Below, piece after piece: positions 52,266 to 62,170 of a stretch of 64,000 nt of DNA. The DNA is from Alphaproteobacteria bacterium. GTDB lineage: Bacteria; Pseudomonadota; Alphaproteobacteria; GCA-2731375. The notes under the pieces were generated by a model. The model saw only the letters and a list, made by a program, of their open reading frames with translations, had not been told where the DNA came from and ran no database searches. Where the stretch lies: positions 320,001 through 384,000 of the forward strand of contig CBDDBZ010000039.1 in the NCBI GenBank assembly GCA_965225945.1. Direction: 5' to 3'. Every line of letters starts with the position of its first letter. The first letter of the stretch is position 1. A program made the translations under genes and the position numbers.

Positions 52266-53441
52266 TCAACCTTTCGTTTCGTCGATCAGCGCGACGAAGC
52301 GTTCGAAGAGATAGTGGCTGTCCTGGGGTCCAGGCGAGGCCTCGGGATGGTGTTGCACCGAAAAAACCGGCTTGCCCACCACCCGCAGCCCTTCCAGGCT
52401 GCCGTCGAAGAGGCTGACGTGGGTCTCGACCACGCCCGCCGGCAGCGTCCCCGCCTTGACCACGAAGCCGTGGTTCTGGCTGGTGATCTCGACCTTGCCG
52501 GTCTCCAGGTCCTTGACCGGCTGGTTGGCGCCCCGGTGGCCCAAATGCATCTTCTCCGTCTTCGCCCCCAACGCCAACGCCAGGATCTGATGGCCCAGGC
52601 AGATGGCGAAGATCGGGATGCCCGTCTTCAACAAGGCCTGGAGGGTCGGCACGGCATATTTGCCCGTCGCCGCCGGATCGCCCGGGCCGTTGGCGAGGAA
52701 GATGCCGTCGGGCTGGTGGCTCAAGATCTCCTCCGCGCTCGCCGTCGCCGGCACCACCGTCACCCGGCAGCCGGCCGCCGCCAGGCAGCGGAGGATGTTG
52801 CGCTTGACGCCAAAATCGACCGCCACCACGTGACGGCTCGGTGCCGTCTGTCGGCCGTGGCCGGCGCCGAGCGCCCAGAGGGTCTCGTCCCACGAATAGC
52901 TCTGCCGGCAGGTCACCTCAGCTGCCAGGTCCATGCCCTCGAGCCCGGGGAAGGCCGCCGCCTCGGCCCGCAAGGCCTCGAGCTCGAAGCCGCCGTCGGC
53001 CGCATGGGCGAGGCTGCCGCCCGGCGCGCCGGAATCGCGGATATGGCGGGTCAGCCGTCGGGTGTCGATCCCGGCGAGGCCGACCAGGCCGTGGCGCCGG
53101 AGCCAGGCGTCCAGCCCGCCCTCGGCGCGGAAGTTGGAGGCCCTCGTGATGTCCTCGCGCAAAACCAGGCCGCGCGCCGCCGGCGTCGTCGCCTCCACGT
53201 CTTCCTCGTTCGCGCCGACGTTGCCGACGTGGGGGAAGGTGAAGGTGATGATCTGGCCGGCGTAGCTCGGATCGGTCAGGATTTCCTGATAGCCGGTGAT
53301 CGAGGTGTTGAAGCAGACCTCGCCGACGGCGCGCCCTTCAGCGCCGACGCCCCGGCCCCAGAACAAGGTGCCGTCCGACAACGCCAGGACCGCCGTCGCG
53401 CCAACCGGTGGCCGGGCCTCGTCGGGCGTGCGTGGGCGCAT
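52266..53441 (-). CDS. carA: Carbamoyl-phosphate synthase small subunit
   Basis: GEVCFNT..TGYQEILTDPSY, NGPGDP, ICLGHQ, SQNHG, HPEASPGP. Confidence 0.96.
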   Translation of the reverse strand: MRPRTPDEARPPVGATAVLALSDGTLFWGRGVGAEGRAVGEVCFNTSITGYQEILTDPSYAGQIITFTFPHVGNVGANEEDVEATTPAARGLVLREDITRASNFRAEGGLDAWLRRHGLVGLAGIDTRRLTRHIRDSGAPGGSLAHAADGGFELEALRAEAAAFPGLEGMDLAAEVTCRQSYSWDETLWALGAGHGRQTAPSRHVVAVDFGVKRNILRCLAAAGCRVTVVPATASAEEILSHQPDGIFLANGPGDPAATGKYAVPTLQALLKTGIPIFAICLGHQILALALGAKTEKMHLGHRGANQPVKDLETGKVEITSQNHGFVVKAGTLPAGVVETHVSLFDGSLEGLRVVGKPVFSVQHHPEASPGPQDSHYLFERFVALIDETKG

Positions 53442-53554
53442 GGGATCTCTCTGCCCAATTCGGCGTCGGGTCGGCGCGGATTGCGGCTCGGCGCGGAAGA
53501 TACGCCGGCCCCGAGGTGCCGTCAAGATGGCGTAATTTCGAAAAAACCCAATGA

Positions 53555-53567
53555 TATCAATTAATTA
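53555..53567. promoter_or_regulatory. Putative IHF site in the carA/yqeY divergent region
   Basis: TATCAATTAATTA matches WATCAAnnnnTTR in an AT-rich patch. Confidence 0.45.
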
Positions 53568-53645
53568 ATTAGCTATCTGCGGTTTGCCTCGTGCCCGGCG
53601 ATCGGCTATCGTTCGCGGGTGGCAAGTCGAGGGGGGACGCTCGCC

Positions 53646-54101
53646 ATGACGAGAGAGCGCTTGGCCGAGGCGCTGAAGGCGGCGGTCGAGGACGGCGCCG
53701 CCCGTCGGGCCTCGATGCTGCGCCTCATCCTCGCCGCGATCAAGGATCGCGACCTCCAGCTTCGCGGCGAGGGGCGGGAAGGCGGCGTCGACGAGGCCGC
53801 GATCCAGGCCATCCTGCAAACGATGGTGCAGCAGCGCCACGACAGCATTGCCCATTACGAGACCGGTGGCCGCTTGGAGGAGGCGGAGCAGGAGCGCGAG
53901 GAGATCGAAATCATCCACGAGTTCCTGCTGCGCCAGATGGCCGAGGCGGCGGTCGAGGCGGCGGTCGCCGCCGTGATCGAGGAACTGGGCGCCGGCGGCC
54001 TCAAGGACATGGGCCGGGTGATGGGCGCGCTCAAGAGCCGCCACCAGGGCGAGATGGACTTCGGCCAGGCGAGCCGGATCGCCAAGCAGCGTCTCGGTTG
54101 A
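53646..54101 (+). CDS. GatB/YqeY domain protein
   Basis: LRLILAAIKDRD, KDMGRVMGALK; divergent from carA. Confidence 0.9.
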   Translation: MTRERLAEALKAAVEDGAARRASMLRLILAAIKDRDLQLRGEGREGGVDEAAIQAILQTMVQQRHDSIAHYETGGRLEEAEQEREEIEIIHEFLLRQMAEAAVEAAVAAVIEELGAGGLKDMGRVMGALKSRHQGEMDFGQASRIAKQRLG

Positions 54102-55087
54102 GGCGACGCGGCCCGCTGAGCCTCCCGCTCCCCTGCTGCTCGTTGTCGATGGCCGCTCGCGCGGCCCGCCGCCTGGCCCGGCCGGGCCAGGCCACGCGCC
54201 AGCGTGGCGACGAATAACTGGGCTCCCGCGCCGTCAGCCCGCGGGGCCGGCGCGGCGTTGAGCGTCCAGTCGTAGTCGTAGGCGTCGATTCCGGCTCCGC
54301 CCTCCAGAAGCGTGCGGGTTTGCTCGTCGGCGTAGCGGCGCAGGTGTTCGATCACGCCGGCCTCGCCGCCGAAGTCGTCGCCGAACCAGGCGTAAATCTT
54401 GGAGGCGGTGAGCCCGCCATCGGGCCGCCGCGCGAGGCCTCGGCGGTGGTTCACATAGGCCCGGGCCGCAGCATCCAACCGGCGCTCGATGTTCCCGCCC
54501 GTGTAAGCCTCGCGGCCCAAGTTGGGGCAGCCGATCGCGGCACAGTTGACCGCGTAGTGGACCCTGGGGTCGCGCCAGATCGGCCGGAGGATCCGGTGCT
54601 CGATATCGTTCAGGCTCATCCGTTCGCCCTTCACCTCCACCAGCGGGTGGTTCCAGGGCCCGCTGGAGAAGAAGCCGCCCGAGAGCTTGATGTCGCGGAT
54701 GCTCGCGACCTTCGGATGATCGAGGATCAGGCGCACGGTGAGGGCGTTGTAAAGGTTGATCCAGTAGGCTATCTGGCTCGCCCCGGCCAGGGCATCGACA
54801 TCGCTCAGCGCCAGGCCGGCGAGATAGTCGTCGAGGGCGCGGCGATCGGCGGGCAACACCCGATCGTAGGCGACCCGGTTGACGCCGTCGGCGCCGGCAA
54901 CGACGTAAGCCTTCAGAAAGCGCGACCAGGGGCCATGATCCGGCGTGATCTCGGAGCTCTCGTCGCGGGCCTGCCAGCGCGGCCAGAGTTCCGCCTTGGG
55001 CGCGAACAGCGCCTCCAGCGCGGTGAAGCCCGAGAGCGCGGCGATCAAGGCCGCCGCCAGCGGAATTCGACCGAGGAATCGGGCCAT
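53855..55087 (-). CDS. DUF547 domain protein with apparent stop-loss extension
   Basis: YWINLYNALT, LNDIEHRILR, DPRVHYAVNCAAIGCP, YDYDWTLN; family domain ends near 54257. Confidence 0.8.
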   Translation of the reverse strand: MARFLGRIPLAAALIAALSGFTALEALFAPKAELWPRWQARDESSEITPDHGPWSRFLKAYVVAGADGVNRVAYDRVLPADRRALDDYLAGLALSDVDALAGASQIAYWINLYNALTVRLILDHPKVASIRDIKLSGGFFSSGPWNHPLVEVKGERMSLNDIEHRILRPIWRDPRVHYAVNCAAIGCPNLGREAYTGGNIERRLDAAARAYVNHRRGLARRPDGGLTASKIYAWFGDDFGGEAGVIEHLRRYADEQTRTLLEGGAGIDAYDYDWTLNAAPAPRADGAGAQLFVATLARGLARPGQAAGRASGHRQRAAGEREAQRAASPQPRRCLAIRLAWPKSISPWWRLLSAPITRPMSLRPPAPSSSITAATAASTAASAIWRSRNSWMISISSRSCSASSKRPPVS

Positions 55088-55278
55088 ATCGCGATCTCCC
55101 TCCGCGCGGCGCGGCGAGCGCCCCGCCCGTGGATCTATTTGAGTGGCTTCCGTGTCCATACAAGCGGGGCGGCGATCACGTTGCCGTATGATCCCAACCG
55201 CCATAAATGGCGACTCCCCGAACCGCCCCGGCGAGCGATCTGTTACGATCCGTCGAGCCGATAGGGGAGGATCCGCGC

Positions 55279-56073
55279 ATGTTGTCGTCGGCGTTGCGAG
55301 GTCTTGGCGATGGAATCGTCGCCCGCGCCCGCGACGTCGCCGACTGGTTCGAGGAGGCGGGCAGCCTGCTGACGTTCGCGCTCGCCGGCCTGCCGCATTA
55401 CCTGACCCGAAGCGGCTTCTACATCCGCGCCGAAACCTCGCGGCAGATCTATTTCACCGCCGTGCAGGGCTTGCCCGTGATTCTGCGCGCCGCCGTCTCG
55501 CTGGGGATTCTGATCTCCTTCGCCCTGTTCTCGATCGGGCTCGAGGGGTTCGCCGTGCTGCTGCGCGCGATCGAGATCGCGATCTTCAACAATTTGGTGC
55601 CCATCCTGGTCGCCTTCATCGTGATCGGCCGTTCCGGCACGGCGCTTACCGCCGATGTCGCCACCTTCCGCATCCACCAAGTGACGGACACCTTCGCGGC
55701 GATGAACCTGGAGCCGTTTCATTTCCTGGTCCTGCCCCGGATCGTCGGCATCACCGTCTCGCTGCTGATCCTGACCTTCTGGACGAGCCTCGTCACTTAT
55801 GCCACCTGCGTGCTGATCCACCTGGCGCTGCATATCTCCTCGCTCCGCGTGATGCTGCTGGAGAGCGCCGCTATCTTCGCTGCCGGGCCGATCTTCCTGA
55901 CCGTGGTCAAGGTGATGATCTTCGGTATTTCGATCGCCGTCATTCACTGCCTGTACGGCCTTCGCTGTCGGGCCACCATCGACATCGCGCGGAATATCCC
56001 GCCGGCCGTCGTCACCGCGTCCTCCTGGTGCATGGTGGCCGCCGTCCTCGTCGACATCGCGGTCAATGTCTGA
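55279..56073 (+). CDS. MlaE-like ABC permease
   Basis: QIYFTAVQG, IVIGRSGTA, LVLPRIVG. Confidence 0.82.
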   Translation: MLSSALRGLGDGIVARARDVADWFEEAGSLLTFALAGLPHYLTRSGFYIRAETSRQIYFTAVQGLPVILRAAVSLGILISFALFSIGLEGFAVLLRAIEIAIFNNLVPILVAFIVIGRSGTALTADVATFRIHQVTDTFAAMNLEPFHFLVLPRIVGITVSLLILTFWTSLVTYATCVLIHLALHISSLRVMLLESAAIFAAGPIFLTVVKVMIFGISIAVIHCLYGLRCRATIDIARNIPPAVVTASSWCMVAAVLVDIAVNV

Positions 56074-56806
56074 GCCGGCGCTCCTGCTCCGGAACGCGGT
56101 GCTGCCGATCCGGCGCTCGACGGCACCCTTCGACTTCACCGCGCGGCGGGGCGAGACCTGGATGCTGCTGGGGCCCCTCGGCGGCGGCAAGACGACGCTG
56201 CTGAAGGTGTTGGCGACGCTCATTCGCCTCGACGCGGGCCGCTATGTCTGCCTCGGCACCGACGTTTCCGACTTTGACGCCGCCGACCGCGCCGTGGCGC
56301 GCCGCCGTCTCGGCGTCTGCCTCGAGCAAGACGGCCTGATCGAGGCCTGGTCGGTATTGGACAATCTGGCGGTATTGCCGCGCTATCACCAGCCGGGTCC
56401 GCAGTCCGAGATCGAGCGGAGGGTGTGGAACTACCTCGACTCCTATCACCAAAATCGCGACGTCGCCTCTCGCGGCGTCGCCGGCTTGACGCGCGAGGAA
56501 CGCCGCGGCATCGCCTTGCTGCGGGCGCTGTTCTTCGATCCGCCGGTGCTCATCATCGATGGCGTCGCGCCGGACGACGTCGCCCAGTACGGCCTTTCGA
56601 CACGCTTCCAACGTCGGCTGAACGATCCCGGGCGGACCGTGATCTGCCGTGCCACCCCGCGGCAGGCGCTGGCGCGGACTGGACCCGGTGACCGCTTGGC
56701 GGTCATGATCGACGGTCGGCTCACCGCGCAGGGGCGGCCGGGCTATATCGCGGACGCGGCCGACGAGGAGACCAGCGAATGGTTGCGATCCGTGACGCTC
56801 GCCTGA
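56066..56806 (+). CDS. MlaF-like ABC ATPase, degenerate motifs
   Basis: GPLGGGKTT present; signature, Walker B and H-loop diverged. Confidence 0.75.
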   Translation: MSEPALLLRNAVLPIRRSTAPFDFTARRGETWMLLGPLGGGKTTLLKVLATLIRLDAGRYVCLGTDVSDFDAADRAVARRRLGVCLEQDGLIEAWSVLDNLAVLPRYHQPGPQSEIERRVWNYLDSYHQNRDVASRGVAGLTREERRGIALLRALFFDPPVLIIDGVAPDDVAQYGLSTRFQRRLNDPGRTVICRATPRQALARTGPGDRLAVMIDGRLTAQGRPGYIADAADEETSEWLRSVTLA

Positions 56807-56840
56807 GCGGTCGCGTCGCGTGGCCGGGGGACCGGCGGCG

Positions 56841-57926
56841 ATGACGGACGACGGGCTCGCCGCCTGGCGGCCAGCGGACCAGCCGGGACACGGGCGGCGG
56901 CGAAACCTCGGCGTCCGGGGTCGCCGGCGCCGGAGCTCCGGCTTCGTGCTCGCCATCGTCGCGACGACACTGCTGGTCGCCGGCCTGCTGCTATCGCTCA
57001 CCGTCGCGCGGAACCTGCTGTTCATCGATTCCGTGCGCTTCGTCGCGGTGATCGACAATGCCCGCGGCCTTCGCGTCGGCGCGCCGGTTCGCCTGGCCGG
57101 CATCGACGTGGGACAGGTCGATGCCGTGGCGCTGTCGCCGGACGGCGGGATCGAATTGGGACTGGTGGTGTCGAGAGAGTACGCCGCTCTGGTCCGCGCC
57201 GATTCCGTGGCGTTGCTCAGGAGCCCGCTCTTCGCCAAGAGCCATTTCGACATCTCCGCCGGCTCCGCCGGAGCCGAGGTCTTGGCCGACGGCGCGCGCA
57301 TCACGCTCGAGGCCGAACCGACGCTCGACGACATCGTTGCCGCCGTCCGGGGATCCGCCGCCCGGGTCGACACGATCCTCGACCGGATCGACGACATCGT
57401 CGCCACGGCGCACGCTTCGCGCGGCCAAATCACCGCCAGCCTCGATAAGTTCCACGCCACCAGCGAGGAAGTCCGGCGCCTCGCAGTGACCGCGCGGGCG
57501 ATCGCCGAGCGGGGCGAAGGGCTGGCTGGCCGACTCGGCGCCATCGCCGAGCGGTTGCGCGGCGCCGACGACGGTCTCGGCGGGCTCGGCGATATCGTCG
57601 AGAGCCTGGACGGGACGCTCGCCCTCCTCCGGGGCTTCATCGCCGCTGCCGATCAGTTGGTGGATCACGATGTGCGCGAGGTGTTGGTGGAACTCGACGC
57701 GAGCGCCCGCAACATCGCCTCGGCCGCCGGCCGCATCGACGCCATGCTGCGCGACAACGAGGAATCGCTCCGCTTCGGCGCCGAGCAAAGTCTGGTGCTG
57801 CTCCGGGGCTTCGTCGAGCGCTCCTCGACCCTCCTGGAGGTAACGACCCGGTTGCTGGAGCGACTGGAGAGCCAGCCCCTCGGCCAGGCCCTGAGTGGCG
57901 GATCGGGTGGCGTTCGGGTCGACTGA
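56841..57926 (+). CDS. MlaD/MCE family protein with long helical tail
   Basis: TM helix then ARGLRVGAPVRLAGIDVGQV. Confidence 0.85.
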   Translation: MTDDGLAAWRPADQPGHGRRRNLGVRGRRRRSSGFVLAIVATTLLVAGLLLSLTVARNLLFIDSVRFVAVIDNARGLRVGAPVRLAGIDVGQVDAVALSPDGGIELGLVVSREYAALVRADSVALLRSPLFAKSHFDISAGSAGAEVLADGARITLEAEPTLDDIVAAVRGSAARVDTILDRIDDIVATAHASRGQITASLDKFHATSEEVRRLAVTARAIAERGEGLAGRLGAIAERLRGADDGLGGLGDIVESLDGTLALLRGFIAAADQLVDHDVREVLVELDASARNIASAAGRIDAMLRDNEESLRFGAEQSLVLLRGFVERSSTLLEVTTRLLERLESQPLGQALSGGSGGVRVD

Positions 57927-57979
57927 CGCCCACCGCCCCCGACGGGGCGGCTGGAATTCATGTCCATTGGCATGACGCA

Positions 57980-59194
57980 TCAGGCCGCGGGCGCCGGGAT
58001 CGGGCGCCGCGACCTCTGGATCAGCCAGCCGACGATAGCCAAGTTGACGACGTTGATCGCCGCGGCGGTGAGAAAGGCCGGCTGGTAGGTGCCGGCAACG
58101 TCGAAGATGCGCCCGCCGAGCCAGCCGCCGAGCGCCATCCCGAAGGTGCCGAACAGGTAGATCGCCGCCAGCCGCCGGGCGAGCCCAGCGAGCGGAAAAT
58201 ACTCGCGGACGATATAGGCGTACATGGCGATGACGCCACCATAGCCGAGCCCATAGAGCAGGCAGACCGCGTAGAGTGTCCACAGCTCACGCGTATAGGC
58301 GATGGCGACCAGCATGGCGCACTGGATGGCGGAGCCGATCAGCAGCGCGCGGAGCCCGCCGATCCGGTCCGCCAGGATACCGCCCAGAACGCGCGAGACG
58401 AGCGAGGCGAAGAGCGTGGACGAGAGCAGCAGCGCCGCCTGCCGTGGGCCGAAGCCGAGGTCGCTGCCGAGCGCCACCAGATGCACCAGCGGCACCGACA
58501 TCGGGATGCAGCAGCAGACGATGGCGAGACAGAGGATCGCCGTCATCAGCCGGGGATCGTGCCCGAGGACCCGGCCGTCGGGGCCGGCGGCGAGGCCCTT
58601 GGCCTCGCCCGTCGGCGGCCGGCGCCCGAGCAGCTGGCTCAAGGCCAGCATCACCACCAGACTGGCGGCGGCGTAAATCTGGAAGGTCACGCGCCAGCCG
58701 AGGTTGTCGTTGAGGACGGTGACGAGCGGCGCCAAGATGGTCCCGCCCAGGCTCTGGCCGCAGGTGGCGATGCCGAGCGCCAGGCCGCGCCGCGTGTCGA
58801 ACCAGCGTGAGACGTTGGCGATGAGCGGCGTGAACATGCAGGCGTTGCCGAGCAGGCCGACGAAGATGCCGTAGCTCGCCCAGACCTGCCACGGGGCCTC
58901 GGCGAGGCTGGTGAGGAAGACCCCGAGGGAGACCGAAACGGCGCCGATCATCGCCACGCGGTGCATCCCGATCCGCTCCGCGAGCGGGCCGAAATAGAGC
59001 GCGCCGATGCCGCCGCCGAAGAAGCCCGCGGCAAAGCCGAGCGAGGGTACCTCGCGCGGCCAGCCCATCTCGAGCACGATCGGCTTCAACTGCACGTTCA
59101 GCACGAAGAGCGCGCCCTGGGAGAAGGAGATCAGCAGCACGGTGGCCCCCACGACGAGGGAAGGATAGACGTGATCGGGGATACGCGATCGCAT
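57980..59194 (-). CDS. MFS transporter
   Basis: GPLAERIG, RWFDTRRGLALG, GGILADRIG. Confidence 0.88.
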   Translation of the reverse strand: MRSRIPDHVYPSLVVGATVLLISFSQGALFVLNVQLKPIVLEMGWPREVPSLGFAAGFFGGGIGALYFGPLAERIGMHRVAMIGAVSVSLGVFLTSLAEAPWQVWASYGIFVGLLGNACMFTPLIANVSRWFDTRRGLALGIATCGQSLGGTILAPLVTVLNDNLGWRVTFQIYAAASLVVMLALSQLLGRRPPTGEAKGLAAGPDGRVLGHDPRLMTAILCLAIVCCCIPMSVPLVHLVALGSDLGFGPRQAALLLSSTLFASLVSRVLGGILADRIGGLRALLIGSAIQCAMLVAIAYTRELWTLYAVCLLYGLGYGGVIAMYAYIVREYFPLAGLARRLAAIYLFGTFGMALGGWLGGRIFDVAGTYQPAFLTAAAINVVNLAIVGWLIQRSRRPIPAPAA

Positions 59195-59214
59195 GGGTCG
59201 GTTTCGTGCCTCGC

Positions 59215-60120
59215 CTATCGCATTCCGCCTCTGGCGGCCACCCGTGCCTCGCGGCGCGCGATGAACAATGCGCTGCCGGAAATGAGCAGAATGCCGAGGA
59301 AACCCCATGCGTCGGGGTGTTGATTCCAAACGAAGTAGCCTAGCACGACGGCCCAGATCACGCTGGTGTAGCGGAACGGCGCCAGCAGCACCGCCTCGCC
59401 GTGGCGAAACGCCTCCACCATCAAATACTGCGCCAGGGCGAAGAAAATTCCCGACAGCGCCAGCAGGCCGACGGCGGCGGCGTCGAGCGCCACCCAGCCG
59501 AGGGAGATCGTCGCCAGGCCCGCCAGCATGGTCACGACGTTGCCGATGAAGACGATGGAAAGCGAGGATTCGGTGGCCACGATCCGGCGCATCAAGATGT
59601 CGCGCAGGCCCAGCAAGAGCGCCACGGTGAGCGGCATCACGAAGACCCAGTCGAGCGTGGTGGTGCCGGGTCGAGTCACCAGGGCGACGCCGGCGAAACC
59701 GAGCGCCGCCGCCGACCAGCGCCGCCAGCCGACCCGTTCCCCCAGCAGCACCGGCGCCAGCGCCATGACGAAGATCGGGCTGGTGTAGATCAGCACGATC
59801 GCATCGGCGAGCGCCATCAAGGGCAGGCTGGAGACGAAGATGAAGAGGGAGACCGTGAAGAGCGCCGCGCTCATCGCCTGATGCTTGACGCTGCGTCCCC
59901 GAAGCGCCGCCAGCCCCTCGCCCCGCCACGCGATCAGAAGCAGCGGAGCCATGACGAAGAAGCCGCGCAGGAAGACGATCTGGCCCACCGGAAGCTCGCT
60001 CGCCAGCCACTTCATCAGGGCATCATTGGTCGTCAGGAAGGCGCTGCTGGCGATGATGAGGACGATGCCGCGTAGCGGGCTCGCCGCGGCGGGCGGCGTT
60101 GGCGCGGGCGCGTGGGTCAC
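59215..60120 (-). CDS. DMT/EamA transporter
   Basis: About 10 TM segments, LLGERVGWRRW, LAPFRY. Confidence 0.88.
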   Translation of the reverse strand: MTHAPAPTPPAAASPLRGIVLIIASSAFLTTNDALMKWLASELPVGQIVFLRGFFVMAPLLLIAWRGEGLAALRGRSVKHQAMSAALFTVSLFIFVSSLPLMALADAIVLIYTSPIFVMALAPVLLGERVGWRRWSAAALGFAGVALVTRPGTTTLDWVFVMPLTVALLLGLRDILMRRIVATESSLSIVFIGNVVTMLAGLATISLGWVALDAAAVGLLALSGIFFALAQYLMVEAFRHGEAVLLAPFRYTSVIWAVVLGYFVWNQHPDAWGFLGILLISGSALFIARREARVAARGGMR

Positions 60121-60121
60121 G

Positions 60122-60820
60122 TCAAGCGACGAGGAAGTTCACGATCCAGCGGGCCAGAAGCGCTGAATCTTGCCTCCGGGCGAGGCTCGCCAGGGCCGCC
60201 TCCGTCGCCGCCTCGCCATAATCGTCGCGTCTGAGGTTCAGCAGTTTGGTGGCGAAGGGCGGCTCGATCTCGGGATGCGGCTGCACGCCCAGCACCTGCT
60301 CGCCCAACTGGAATATGGCGTTCGGGCAGAACGCGCTTCCGGCCAGCACCTGGGCGCCCGGCGGCGGCCTCGCCACCTGGTCCCGGTGGAAGACGATGCT
60401 GGCGACGCGCGCCTGGGGCGGGTCCATCCAGGGGCGCAGGCCAGTGACGTCATAGTCGTGGACGCCGATGCCGTGTCCCTTCTCCAATTTGACGACTTTG
60501 CCGCCGAAAGCGTCGGCCAGCAGTTGGTGGCCGAAGCAGACGCCCACCAGCTTAGCGCCCGAGGCCCTGGCCGCGACGACGAATTCGCCGAGCGGCGCAA
60601 TCCATTCGAGGTCGTCGTGAACCCCGGCAGGACTGCCGGTGACGATATAGCCATCGCATGCCTCCGGCGTCTCCGGCAGCTCGCCGTCGTGCGCTGCATA
60701 GGGTCGAAAGCGAAGCTTCGGGTCGACCGGCGACAGGAGATTGATGAAGGGCTGGGCGTAACGCGGCTCTGGCTGCATCGCGGGGGGGATCGTGCCCGCC
60801 TCCAGCACGCCGATCAGCAT
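60122..60820 (-). CDS. Class I glutamine amidotransferase
   Basis: VTGSP, GVCFGHQ, FHRDQV, QPHPE. Confidence 0.88.
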   Translation of the reverse strand: MLIGVLEAGTIPPAMQPEPRYAQPFINLLSPVDPKLRFRPYAAHDGELPETPEACDGYIVTGSPAGVHDDLEWIAPLGEFVVAARASGAKLVGVCFGHQLLADAFGGKVVKLEKGHGIGVHDYDVTGLRPWMDPPQARVASIVFHRDQVARPPPGAQVLAGSAFCPNAIFQLGEQVLGVQPHPEIEPPFATKLLNLRRDDYGEAATEAALASLARRQDSALLARWIVNFLVA

Positions 60821-62055
60821 GGCGCCGCTCGCGCTTCGCGCAAGATCGCCGCCGCCGCGTCGGCGAGCACCTGGCAGCCGAGCACGATGTCGGCGTCGTG
60901 GCTGTCCTCGGCGAAGTCGTGGCTGATGCCACCGATCGAGGGAATGAACACCATGGCGCTCGCCAGTAGGCCCGAGACCACGCCCGCGTCGTGGAAGGCG
61001 GCGCTCTCCAGCTCCACCCACTTGGCCGGCGCGCGGGCCTCGGCGGCCCGGGCGATGTGACCCCGAAGGCCCGCATCCATCACCGTCGGCGCCACCGGTG
61101 CCCGGGACGGCGCGGCGATCACCGTGGCGCCGCCCAGGCCATTGACCGCCGCCGCGATCTCCTCGACCAGGGCGGCGAAGCGTTCCAGCACCAATTCGGA
61201 GGCATCGCGGAACTGCAGGCTGAGTTCCGCGTGGCCCGGCACGATGGAGGGCGCGCCGGGGCTGACCACGACCCGGCCCATGGTCCACACGGAGCGCGGG
61301 CCCATCGCCTCGGGGAAGGCCTGGTTGATCCGCTCGGCGAAGCCGAAGAGGGCGGCGGCGGCGTCCTTGCGGCGGTCCATCATGGTGGTGCCGGCGTGGT
61401 TCTGCTGGCCGGTGAAGGTGACGCTGTAGCCGCGCAGGCCGACGATATCGGTGACCACGCCGATGCTGTCGCCGGCGTCCTCCAGCCTCGGGCCCTGCTC
61501 GATATGGGCCTCCAGAAAGCCGAGATAGCGCCCCGGTTCGGGCCGGTGGCGCGCCACCCCGTCCAGGCCCGCCTCCCGCAAGGCGTCCGCCAGGCTCACG
61601 CCGTCCTGGTCGGCGAGGCCCGCCTCCATCCCGGCCGTCAATGCCCCGCAGAAGGCGCGGGAGCCCAAGCAGCCGAGGAAGCGGCCCTCCTCGTCCTGCC
61701 AAGAGATCGCGTCGACCGCGAGGTCGGCGGTCGTCTCGTCCTCGGCGAGCGCGCGGGCCACCTCCAATCCGTAGATCACGCCGAGCGCGCCGTCGAGCCA
61801 GCCGCCGGTCGGCTGGGTGTCGGAGTGGGAGCCAATCAGCAGCGCCGGGCCGGGATTGCGCGAGCGGCCGATCACGTTGCCGACGCCGTCGATTCTGGCC
61901 TCCAGGCCGGCCGCCTCATAGCGCGTCTTCAGCCAGTGGCGCGCCTCCATATCCAACGCGGAGAAGGCCGGGCGCACCACGCCCGGCCCCTCGGCGCCGA
62001 TGCTCCTCAGATGGCGCAGATCGGCGAGCAGACGGTCTGGGTCGGTCCTCGCCAT
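60814..62055 (-). CDS. Hydantoinase/carbamoylase-family M20 amidohydrolase
   Basis: GSHSDT, DGALG, DEEG, EAHIEQGP, NHAGTT, FHDA, GISH. Confidence 0.88.
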   Translation of the reverse strand: MARTDPDRLLADLRHLRSIGAEGPGVVRPAFSALDMEARHWLKTRYEAAGLEARIDGVGNVIGRSRNPGPALLIGSHSDTQPTGGWLDGALGVIYGLEVARALAEDETTADLAVDAISWQDEEGRFLGCLGSRAFCGALTAGMEAGLADQDGVSLADALREAGLDGVARHRPEPGRYLGFLEAHIEQGPRLEDAGDSIGVVTDIVGLRGYSVTFTGQQNHAGTTMMDRRKDAAAALFGFAERINQAFPEAMGPRSVWTMGRVVVSPGAPSIVPGHAELSLQFRDASELVLERFAALVEEIAAAVNGLGGATVIAAPSRAPVAPTVMDAGLRGHIARAAEARAPAKWVELESAAFHDAGVVSGLLASAMVFIPSIGGISHDFAEDSHDADIVLGCQVLADAAAAILREARAAPC

Positions 62056-62170
62056 GGCTTCACTCTCCGCTTGGCTCGGGTGGCCGGCCAATAGTCGTCG
62101 ATCCGGCGCGCGCCAACAAGGCTCGGGTGGGGCGAGGTGCGGGGACGGCCGAGGTCGATGCCCGTCGGCC

